Assembly: GCA_018261955.1 (NCBI GenBank)
Contig: JAGTRK010000005.1
Span: forward strand, 75,748-99,747
Length of the DNA stretch: 24,000 nucleotides
Direction: 5' to 3'
Origin: Burkholderiaceae bacterium
GTDB lineage: Bacteria > Pseudomonadota > Gammaproteobacteria > Burkholderiales > Burkholderiaceae
Under the pieces are notes generated by a model. The model did no database searches and was not told where the DNA came from. It saw only the letters and a program-made list of their open reading frames with translations. The translations under genes were made by a program, and so were the position numbers. Below are positions 1-7,189 of this stretch, in pieces; position 1 is the first letter of the stretch, and each line of letters opens with the position of its first letter.

Positions 1-223
1 GGCGGTTTTGTTGGCACGGGATGCTCGGACGGAGTAGATACGCGTGTGAAGTGTTATTGTATGCAGTCAAATGAACAAACTGGTGATTACACAAAAAACG
101 GCTAATTGCTCATTGTGCTGGGTAGATGTGAGTACAATTTGATTACGCTGGTTTATTGTGCGTAGTCACAATTTTGATGTTTGGTATTTTGCCTATTTAA
201 CTTTTAATTTTATCGGAGCGTTT

Positions 224-601
224 ATGAAAAATATTCGATTTGTGTTATTTGTGGTTGCCACTGTTGCTTTATTAACTTCTTGTGGAACAACGAGGGGGTA
301 TGGTAATGATTTTGATAATGTTACATCGGCTTGCGTAGGAAAAGTAGAGGGCGATAAAGTTACAGTTAAAGGAATGCGTGGGGAAGCAGATATGCAAGCC
401 ACTTGCAAAATTTCACCTCGAGACGGTAGATTATTCCCTATGCCAGATACAATGACAAGTTTTATTGATACACTTAAAACAGCATGTGTCGGTAAAAAAG
501 AGGGTGATGCTGTGCAAGTAACAAACCCCAAAGGCAGAACTATTGATGCAGTTTGCAAGCACGAAAACAATATGTTTTTAGCTATTCCCAAAATGAAATA
601 A
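224..601 (+). CDS. Small secreted lipoprotein (125 aa) with an internal tandem Cys-containing repeat
   Basis: The track ORF 158..601 has an internal ATG at 224 giving MKNIRFVLFVVATVALLTSC: a basic N-terminus, a hydrophobic core and a lipobox-like LTSC. The mature part contains two about 28-aa repeats (ACVGKxEGDxVxV...CK). No recognised family. Confidence 0.6.
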   Translation: MKNIRFVLFVVATVALLTSCGTTRGYGNDFDNVTSACVGKVEGDKVTVKGMRGEADMQATCKISPRDGRLFPMPDTMTSFIDTLKTACVGKKEGDAVQVTNPKGRTIDAVCKHENNMFLAIPKMK

Positions 602-609
602 AGCGAGTA

Positions 610-636
610 GTGTGTCAATCGGGTTTATTGACACAC
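610..636 (+). terminator. Perfect 10-bp hairpin just downstream of the lipoprotein gene
   Basis: GTGTGTCAAT (610-619), loop cgggttt, ATTGACACAC (627-636). It starts 9 nt after the stop codon. The T-tract is weak (catgttt), so it may be only a stabilising hairpin. Confidence 0.4.
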
Positions 637-714
637 CATGTTTGCGCATTGATGTTGTTGTCTATTTCGTGGGTCGTATAACCCATTGACCCACCCTACG
701 CAAACACCGCGGCC

Positions 715-744
715 ATGCCGAACTTGATTCGGCATCTTTTTTTC
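715..744 (+). terminator. Rho-independent terminator, + strand orientation
   Basis: ATGCCGAA (715-722), loop cttgat, TTCGGCAT (729-736), followed by CTTTTTTT (737-744). The T-run is on the + strand only. Confidence 0.7.
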
Positions 745-795
745 GGGGAGATTGCGAGTTTCATAAATTTAAGCACGCAATGACCAGTTGCGCAA

Positions 796-1644
796 TTACC
801 CCCCCAACACCACCGCCAAACCATCCAATCCCACAAAATTCAAAGTTATCATGGCGCGCTCTTGTACCATCGGTTTGGCGCGGTAGGCGACCGACAGTCC
901 GCTGATGCTCATCATGGGCAGGTCGTTTGAACCGTCGCCCATGGCAATCGCATTCAAAGTGTTCACTTGCAATTGCTCACAATGCTCGTGCACAAAGCGC
1001 GCTTTGACATTGCCATTGACAATTTCGCCAATGACTTTGCCCGTGATGCGTCCATCGATAATCTCTAAAGTGTTGGCGTGTATCGCATCCAAGTTCAATT
1101 CTTTTTGTACCTGCTCGGCAAAATAGGTAAATCCACCCGAAACCAAAACGCACTTCACGCCGTGCGCTTGTGCCGCGCGTATGAGCGCGTGCGCGCCCTC
1201 ATTGACGCGCAGGCGCTCGCGCAACACATCATCAAGCAATGCAAACGGTGTGCCCGCGAAAAACGCCATGCGGCGAATGAGTGACTCGTTAAAGTCTTTG
1301 ATTTCACCGCGCATCGAGGCTTCGGTGATACTCGCGACTTCAGCTTTTTTACCTGCCAAATCAGCGATTTCATCAATACATTCGATGTTAATCAGCGTTG
1401 AATCCATGTCCATTGCCAGTACTTTAAAGTCCGCCCAAGTCACATCGCGCTCTAAGCACGCTACGTCAATCGACAGGACTTGTGCGGCCGCGATGAGTTC
1501 GCATTTTTGCGCGGGGGTGAACAAGGTGTTGTGAATGGCGTAGGCTTTTTCGTTCACGCGCACAGGTGTGCCAGCGAACGATTTGAGCAGGGTGTGTGCG
1601 GTGGATTCGGACAGGAACTCGGGATGTTGAATAACGATTTTCAT
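796..1644 (-). CDS. serB: Phosphoserine phosphatase (HAD superfamily)
   Basis: 282 aa. HAD motif I DMDSTL (LAMDMDSTLINIECIDEIA) and C-terminal GDGSNDLPM motif. SerB-like overall layout. Confidence 0.85.
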   Translation of the reverse strand: MKIVIQHPEFLSESTAHTLLKSFAGTPVRVNEKAYAIHNTLFTPAQKCELIAAAQVLSIDVACLERDVTWADFKVLAMDMDSTLINIECIDEIADLAGKKAEVASITEASMRGEIKDFNESLIRRMAFFAGTPFALLDDVLRERLRVNEGAHALIRAAQAHGVKCVLVSGGFTYFAEQVQKELNLDAIHANTLEIIDGRITGKVIGEIVNGNVKARFVHEHCEQLQVNTLNAIAMGDGSNDLPMMSISGLSVAYRAKPMVQERAMITLNFVGLDGLAVVLGG

Positions 1645-1656
1645 AAAGTTGGATGT

Positions 1657-2502
1657 TTAAAATTTATCTTCTAATTGCAATTCTTGCAGTATGGTGGTGG
1701 CAATTTCTTCAATCGATTTGTGCGTGGTGGACAGCCAACTCACCTGATGGCGGCGCATGAGTTTTTCTGCTTCGTTGACTTCATAGCGGCAATTTTCGAT
1801 GGCGGCGTATTTGCTGCCCGCGCGGCGTTCATTGCGAATTTCAGACAAACGCTGTGGGTCTATCGACAGCCCAAACATTTTTTTGTGAAAACCATCCAAA
1901 CCACTGGGCAGACAGTTGCGCTCAAAATCATCGGGAATCAAAGGGTAGTTCGCCGCTTTGATGCCGTGCTGCATTGCCAAATACAGGCTGGTTGGGGTTT
2001 TGCCGCAGCGCGACACGCCCACCAGTATCACATCGGCTTGCATGAGGTTGTGATTGGTCTGTCCGTCATCGTGCATCAGCGTGTAGTTGATGGCTTCGAT
2101 GCGTTCACGATAGCGATCGGAATCGGCGTTGTGGTACAGTTTGTTGGAGGAATGGTTGGATTTGAGGTTCAACTCATTTTCCAACGGCTCAATAAAGGTA
2201 TTGAATAAATCAATATGAAAACCGCGTGCGCGCGCTTTGACAATTTCGCCCAATTCTTGATTGACCAAAGTGGTGAAAATCAGCGGTTGCTCCTCGGCAC
2301 GTGAAGCCAAATCGTTGATGCGCTGCACCGCCTCGTGGGCTTTATCAACTGTGTCAATAAAAGGCAAACGGTGGGTTTTTGTGCGGATGTCAAACTGCGT
2401 GAGCAGAGAATGCGCGAATTTCTCGGCGGTGATGCCCGTACCATCGGAAATCACAACCAAATCGCGGATGTTGGGGGTGTGGGGTAGTGGGGCGTTGGGC
2501 AT
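1657..2502 (-). CDS. ppsR: PEP synthase regulatory protein (pyruvate, water dikinase kinase / pyrophosphorylase, DUF299)
   Basis: 281 aa. VISDGTGITAE N-terminus and P-loop-like GVSRCGKTPTSLYLA. Divergent from ppsA, which is the canonical arrangement. Confidence 0.9.
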   Translation of the reverse strand: MPNAPLPHTPNIRDLVVISDGTGITAEKFAHSLLTQFDIRTKTHRLPFIDTVDKAHEAVQRINDLASRAEEQPLIFTTLVNQELGEIVKARARGFHIDLFNTFIEPLENELNLKSNHSSNKLYHNADSDRYRERIEAINYTLMHDDGQTNHNLMQADVILVGVSRCGKTPTSLYLAMQHGIKAANYPLIPDDFERNCLPSGLDGFHKKMFGLSIDPQRLSEIRNERRAGSKYAAIENCRYEVNEAEKLMRRHQVSWLSTTHKSIEEIATTILQELQLEDKF

Positions 2503-2725
2503 GGTTTTATGGATGAATTTGGGATGTGTTATTGTACAGATTTATGCCTTTGCACAGGGTAAAAATCCGTCGAAAATGCGCAAAAAACACCAAACAATTG
2601 TGTTTGCTCTCAGGTAGAATGCCCCGAGTATTTCAAGGTAGAATGTTGCGGATATGACTGTACGAAATACGTTAAACCAGTGAATCTCGTTCATTGCTTT
2701 AACTTATTTTACTTTGGAGCTTGAT

Positions 2726-5104
2726 ATGAACTCAACCCTTAATGTTCAACCGTTTGAACAGTTACGCAACACAGATGTCGAGTCGGTTGGCGGTAAAAAC
2801 GCCTCGTTGGGCGAAATGATTTCGCAATTGGCCAATGCAGGTGTGCGCGTGCCGACAGGTTTTGCCACGACTGCGCAGGCGTTTCGTGATTTTCTGCACC
2901 ACAACAATTTAACCGAGCGCATTGCCGCGCGATTGGAAGGGTTGAACGTTGATGATGTGCGTGTCTTGGCTCAAGTTGGCGAAGAAATTCGCTCATGGGT
3001 GATTGATGCGCCGTTGCAACCCGCGCTCGAAGCCGACATTCGCGCGCAGTTTGCTCAATTGACCCAAAACGATGCAACGGGTTTGTCGTTCGCGGTGCGT
3101 TCATCGGCGACTGCTGAGGATTTGCCCGATGCGTCGTTCGCAGGGCAGCAAGAGAGTTACCTCAATGTTTCAGGCATCGAAGACGTACTTGATAAAATCA
3201 AACATGTGTTTGCCTCGTTGTACAACGATCGTGCGATTGCTTATCGTGTGCATAAAGGCTTTACCCACGCTGAAGTGGCACTGTCTGCGGGTGTTCAGCG
3301 CATGGTGCGCTCGGATTTGGCTGCCTCTGGCGTGATGTTTACCATGGACACCGAAAGCGGTTTTGACCAAGTGGTGTTCATCACATCGAGTTATGGTTTG
3401 GGCGAAACCGTGGTACAGGGCGCGGTCAATCCCGATGAATTTTATGTGTTTAAGCCCACACTGAAAGAAGGTAAACCTGCCATCATTCGCCGCGCGATGG
3501 GTAGCAAACTCATCAAGATGGAATTCACGCAAGCGGGTGAAGAAGGTCGTGTGAAAACGGTGGATGTGCCTTTGGAATTGCGTAATCGCTACTCACTCAA
3601 CGATGAAGATGTATCCGAATTGGCACGCTATGCGATGATTATCGAAGCGCATTACGGTCGTGCTATGGACATCGAGTGGGGTAAAGACGGCGTGGATGGC
3701 AAACTGTATATCTTGCAAGCGCGCCCTGAAACCGTGAAAAGTCAAGCCAAAGGCAAAGCCGAGCAACGTTTCGCCCTGAAAACCAAAGGCTCCAACGTCA
3801 CCGTGCTGACCACGGGGCGTGCGATTGGGCAAAAAATTGGCACGGGTGCGGTGCGTGTGATACACGACCCATCCGAAATGGAGCGCGTACAAGCAGGCGA
3901 TATTCTCGTGGCGGATATGACTGACCCGAACTGGGAACCCGTGATGAAACGTGCAGCGGCGATTGTCACCAACCGTGGTGGGCGCACCTGTCATGCCGCG
4001 ATTATCGCGCGTGAACTCGGTGTACCCGCGGTGGTCGGCTGTGGCAATGCGACTGAGGTTTTGAAAGACGGTACGCTCGTGACCGTATCCTGTGCCGAAG
4101 GTGATGAGGGTAAAGTGTATGACGGCATCCTTGAGACCGAAGTCACCGAAGTCTCGCGCGGTGCGTTGCCCAACATCGGCACAAAAATCATGATGAACGT
4201 CGGCAATCCGCAATTGGCATTTGATTTTTGCCAACTACCCAATGCAGGCGTGGGCTTGGCGCGTTTGGAGTTCGTGATTAACAACAACATTGGTGTGCAC
4301 CCGACCGCGATTTTGCAGTATCCGAACATTGATGCCGACCTGAAAAAAGCGGTTGAATCGGTGGCGCGCGGTCATGCGAATCCACGCGCGTTTTATGTTG
4401 ATAAAGTGGTGGAAGGCGTGGCGACGATTGCAGCGGCGTTTTATCCAAAACCCGTGATTGTGCGTCTGTCGGATTTTAAATCCAACGAATATAAAAAACT
4501 CATCGGCGGTTCGCGCTATGAGCCTGATGAAGAAAATCCAATGCTCGGTTTCCGTGGGGCGGCGCGTTATATTTCAGAAGATTTTGCACCTGCCTTTGCG
4601 ATGGAGTGTGAAGCGATTAAACGCGTGCGCGATGAAATGGGTTTGACCAATGTCGAAATCATGGTGCCGTTCGTGCGCACGGTGCCACAGGGTCAAGCGG
4701 TGATTGATTTGCTCGCCAAACAAGGGTTGGTGCAGGGCGTGAACGGCTTGCGCGTGATTATGATGTGCGAAGTGCCATCGAACGCGATTTTGGCAGAAGA
4801 ATTCTTAAACATCTTTGATGGCTTCTCGATTGGCTCGAACGATTTGACGCAATTGACCTTGGGCTTGGATAGAGACTCAGGCATGGAATTGCTTGCCAAA
4901 GATTTTGACGAACGCGACCCTGCGGTTAAATTCATGTTGCAACGCGCGATTAGCACGGCTCGGCGCATGAATAAATACGTTGGGATTTGCGGACAAGGCC
5001 CTTCGGATCATTTGGACTTTGCCAAATGGTTGGTGGACGAGGGCATTTCCTCGATTTCGCTCAACCCTGATACGGTGGTGGCGACTTGGCAGGCATTGGC
5101 GTAA
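2726..5104 (+). CDS. ppsA: Phosphoenolpyruvate synthase (pyruvate, water dikinase)
   Basis: 792 aa from ATG 2726. The track start at 2714 is a TTG; GGAG at 2716-2719 is a good SD for the ATG at 2726. Contains the phosphohistidine motif [15 protein letters not shown] and a C-terminal PEP-utilising TIM-barrel region. Confidence 0.95.
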   Translation: MNSTLNVQPFEQLRNTDVESVGGKNASLGEMISQLANAGVRVPTGFATTAQAFRDFLHHNNLTERIAARLEGLNVDDVRVLAQVGEEIRSWVIDAPLQPALEADIRAQFAQLTQNDATGLSFAVRSSATAEDLPDASFAGQQESYLNVSGIEDVLDKIKHVFASLYNDRAIAYRVHKGFTHAEVALSAGVQRMVRSDLAASGVMFTMDTESGFDQVVFITSSYGLGETVVQGAVNPDEFYVFKPTLKEGKPAIIRRAMGSKLIKMEFTQAGEEGRVKTVDVPLELRNRYSLNDEDVSELARYAMIIEAHYGRAMDIEWGKDGVDGKLYILQARPETVKSQAKGKAEQRFALKTKGSNVTVLTTGRAIGQKIGTGAVRVIHDPSEMERVQAGDILVADMTDPNWEPVMKRAAAIVTNRGGRTCHAAIIARELGVPAVVGCGNATEVLKDGTLVTVSCAEGDEGKVYDGILETEVTEVSRGALPNIGTKIMMNVGNPQLAFDFCQLPNAGVGLARLEFVINNNIGVHPTAILQYPNIDADLKKAVESVARGHANPRAFYVDKVVEGVATIAAAFYPKPVIVRLSDFKSNEYKKLIGGSRYEPDEENPMLGFRGAARYISEDFAPAFAMECEAIKRVRDEMGLTNVEIMVPFVRTVPQGQAVIDLLAKQGLVQGVNGLRVIMMCEVPSNAILAEEFLNIFDGFSIGSNDLTQLTLGLDRDSGMELLAKDFDERDPAVKFMLQRAISTARRMNKYVGICGQGPSDHLDFAKWLVDEGISSISLNPDTVVATWQALA

Positions 5105-5113
5105 TTTAATTCA

Positions 5114-5935
5114 ATGGCAGAAACCATCGTCCACGCATTGCAATCCTGTGCTTTGCCATTATTGGAAGCGCGTATGCTCATGCAGCACGTGACGGGCTAT
5201 TCTCGCGTTCAACTTTTGACCCACGATACCGAGGTGCTGAACGATGCGCAGCAAGTGCATTGGCAAACTTTGATCGCGCGACGCGTTCAGGGTGAGCCGA
5301 TGGCGTATATCATTGGCGAGCGCGAGTTCTATGGACGAATGTTTGCCGTCAATCCCAATGTATTGATTCCCCGCCCCGATACCGAAACCCTGATTGATGC
5401 GGTGTTGTCAGATTTTGGCGCGCAAGCATTGTCTGCGATTGACTTGGGTACAGGTTCTGGGGCGATTGCGCTCACGCTGGCGGCGGAGCGACCGAGTTGG
5501 AATGTATGTGCCACAGATATTTCAGCTCAAGCACTTGAAGTGGCGCGCCAAAACTCGCAGCGTCTGAATACCTCAGTGCGATTTTTTGAGGGTGATTGGT
5601 GGGCTGCTTTGCCTGCCGATGAATCGTTAAAATTTCACATCGTGGTCAGTAATCCGCCGTATATTGAGGCGAACGATGAACATTTATCCGAGGGCGATGT
5701 GCGTTTTGAGCCCATCGGTGCGTTGACCGACGGTGCGGATGGCTTGCAGCACTACCGCCGCATACTGTATGACGTGGCGCGGTATTTACATACGAATGGC
5801 GCGGTGTATTTTGAACATGGGTATAATCAAGGCGCGTCAGTGCGGGGTATTTTGAGCGAAGCGAATTTTACCCAAGTGCGCACAATTCAAGACTTGTCGG
5901 GCAACGATCGGGTCAGCACAGGAATTTTAAAATAA
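5114..5935 (+). CDS. prmC: Release-factor glutamine N5-methyltransferase
   Basis: 273 aa. SAM-binding DLGTGSGAIAL and catalytic NPPY (VSNPPYI). HemK/PrmC layout. Confidence 0.9.
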   Translation: MAETIVHALQSCALPLLEARMLMQHVTGYSRVQLLTHDTEVLNDAQQVHWQTLIARRVQGEPMAYIIGEREFYGRMFAVNPNVLIPRPDTETLIDAVLSDFGAQALSAIDLGTGSGAIALTLAAERPSWNVCATDISAQALEVARQNSQRLNTSVRFFEGDWWAALPADESLKFHIVVSNPPYIEANDEHLSEGDVRFEPIGALTDGADGLQHYRRILYDVARYLHTNGAVYFEHGYNQGASVRGILSEANFTQVRTIQDLSGNDRVSTGILK

Positions 5936-5966
5936 TTTTTAATAGCGTCAAAAAAGGTTTACTTTT

Positions 5967-6632
5967 ATGGCACGCCAAGCACGCGTCTATATTCCCAACA
6001 CCGCGCAACTGGTTCAAGTGCGTGGCAACAACAACGCACCCGTCTTTTTTCAGCCAGAAGACTACGCACAGTGGCAATCGATTGCACGCACCATCGCGCC
6101 AGTCCATGCGGTGGACATCCACGCCTACGCGCTCCTGCCGACACAAATCAATTTACTCGTGACCGCGCACAACGAGCACGCGCTGGGCGCACTGATGCAG
6201 GACTTGGGGCGGCGTTATGTGCGCTACATCAACCGTACCCATCAGCGCACGGGTACATTGTGGGAGGGGCGTTACCGCACCGCATTTATTCAAAACACGC
6301 CGTACGTCATGCGTGCTTATGTATGGCTCGACAGTGGTTTGAATGGACAAAGCGAATACACCTCGGCACTGCGCCACCTCGGACAACACAACCCAGAATT
6401 CATCCGTGACCACAGCGAATATTGGCAGCTGGGCAACACACCGTTTGAACGCCAATCTGCGTATGCCCAACGCATGAGCGAGGGCTTGGTATCGGTGCAC
6501 AGCTCAGAATTAGAACGTGCAGTGCAAACGGGTTGGGCATTGGGCGATACCGAGTTCATCGCAAAGACCGAACAAGCCATCGGGAGGCGCATCAGCCCCG
6601 CGCCGAGGGGGCGACCGAAGAAGCTGGGTTGA
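5967..6632 (+). CDS. IS200/RAYT-like Y1 (HUH) transposase homologue, apparently catalytically degenerate
   Basis: 221 aa. It aligns, from my memory of the COG1943 family consensus, at MARxxRxYxP..., GRRYVRYINRxxxRTGTLWEGRY and a C-terminal PxPRGRPKK. The HUH box position reads HAYALLPTQINLLV (Q-I-N where H-hydrophobic-H is expected). Confidence 0.75.
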   Translation: MARQARVYIPNTAQLVQVRGNNNAPVFFQPEDYAQWQSIARTIAPVHAVDIHAYALLPTQINLLVTAHNEHALGALMQDLGRRYVRYINRTHQRTGTLWEGRYRTAFIQNTPYVMRAYVWLDSGLNGQSEYTSALRHLGQHNPEFIRDHSEYWQLGNTPFERQSAYAQRMSEGLVSVHSSELERAVQTGWALGDTEFIAKTEQAIGRRISPAPRGRPKKLG

Positions 6633-6633
6633 T

Positions 6634-6662
6634 TTGAGTTTTTTATGTTGCGGGTGCATAAT
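6634..6662 (+). promoter_or_regulatory. Candidate sigma70 promoter reading into the cassette array
   Basis: TTGAGT (6634-6639), 17-bp spacer, CATAAT (6657-6662), with TG immediately upstream (6655-6656). It lies in an AT-rich spacer. Sequence match only. Confidence 0.25.
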
Positions 6663-6767
6663 GTGCGCGGGATTTGAAAATAAAGGATGTTTTTTGAATA
6701 TGATGAATAGGCGCAATATTCGATACAGTCGTCTAAAAATTTTTTATTTTCAAAGTCTTAATTTTAA

Positions 6768-6836
6768 ACAAAACAGGATATAAGGCGTAGCTGGGACAGA
6801 ATATGCGTCATTTTTGCCGTATATCCTACGTTAGGT
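6768..6836 (+). other. Left junction of the cassette array: atypical attC-like or attI-like site ending in GTTAGGT
   Basis: ACAAAAC (6768-6774), then AGGATATA (6775-6782), which is an inverted repeat of TATATCCT (6820-6827), then ac + GTTAGGT (6830-6836, fits GTTRRRY). The R''-like box is only 5/7 complementary to R' and no spacer is present, so it is not a canonical attC. Confidence 0.4.
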
Positions 6837-6841
6837 GCTCT

Positions 6842-7180
6842 ATGCCAAGACAACGCACTGATTACGAAAAAGCAGTTGGACAATTAATCTCGGCCATTCA
6901 AAAAGAGTGGACGAAACACGCCGGTGAAGGGGATATTGAAAAGCAAAGTGAGGCTGTAATGTATCGCGCGCATCACTTTTACAAAACAGAAACCCAAGCA
7001 GATTTTGAGCAGTTGCTTCAGGGCGGCGATATAGAAAGGTATCTCGGTTCTGATTGGGTAAAAAAACATCCGCAAATTCGGCAGTATTTTAAGCACGTCG
7101 AAAACTCAGTCACACCTAACCCTGCGCTCAAGCAGGACGCGCCTTCGGCGCGCCTCTTAGCTACACGTTGGGCATCATAG
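6842..7180 (+). CDS. Cassette 1 ORF: hypothetical 112-aa protein, no recognised family
   Basis: ATG 6842 is the first start inside the cassette; the track start at 6803 lies left of the G|TT junction. AGGTG (6833-6837) is a possible SD. The ORF reads through the attC and stops at TAG 7178-7180, 13 nt into cassette 2. Confidence 0.55.
   Translation: MPRQRTDYEKAVGQLISAIQKEWTKHAGEGDIEKQSEAVMYRAHHFYKTETQADFEQLLQGGDIERYLGSDWVKKHPQIRQYFKHVENSVTPNPALKQDAPSARLLATRWAS
7114..7173 (+). other. attC recombination site of cassette 1 (60 nt)
   Basis: ACCTAAC (R'', fits RYYYAAC), cctgc, GCT[C]AAG[C]AGG (L'' with two extrahelical bases) pairing with CCTCTTAGC (L'), a central GC hairpin CGCGC/GCGCG around the cttcg loop, tacac, then GTTGGGC (R', fits GTTRRRY). 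Size and layout resemble classical 60-bp attC sites. Confidence 0.8.
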
Positions 7181-7189
7181 GATCGCGCT

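Noticed and set aside
1-105. A frame-1 ORF open from the window edge to TAA at 103-105 (…VKCYCMQSNEQTGDYTKNG).
   Set aside because: Only 34 codons are visible, with no recognisable motif and no way to assess coding potential. It could be the 3' end of an upstream gene, but I cannot support a call.
193-618. Long antisense or out-of-frame ORFs throughout the track, for example 193..618 -, 1675..2208 +, 3593..4234 -, 8188..8694 +, 8707..9129 +, 10241..10699 -, 10709..11443 -, 13749..14327 -, 17888..18292 + and 22808..23161 -.
   Set aside because: Each lies entirely within a gene on the opposite strand or in another frame that has strong family motifs. Their sequences are low-complexity or Arg/Cys/Ser-rich, as is typical of shadow ORFs.
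5967-6632. I considered whether this ORF could be the integron integrase for the adjacent cassettes.
   Set aside because: It belongs to the Y1/HUH (IS200/RAYT-like) family and is not an IntI-type tyrosine recombinase: it lacks the R-H-R-Y boxes and is about 100 aa too short. It is also co-oriented with the cassettes rather than divergent.
6517-6783. An 88-aa + strand ORF spanning the end of the RAYT-like gene and the AT-rich spacer.
   Set aside because: It overlaps the RAYT-like CDS out of frame and then runs through the AT-rich non-coding spacer, with no SD or motifs.
6803-6841. The track start codon at 6803 for the cassette 1 ORF (MRHFCRISYVRCS...).
   Set aside because: These 13 codons lie across and upstream of the G|TT cassette boundary (6830/6831). 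ATG 6842 is the first start inside the cassette and has an AGGTG just upstream.
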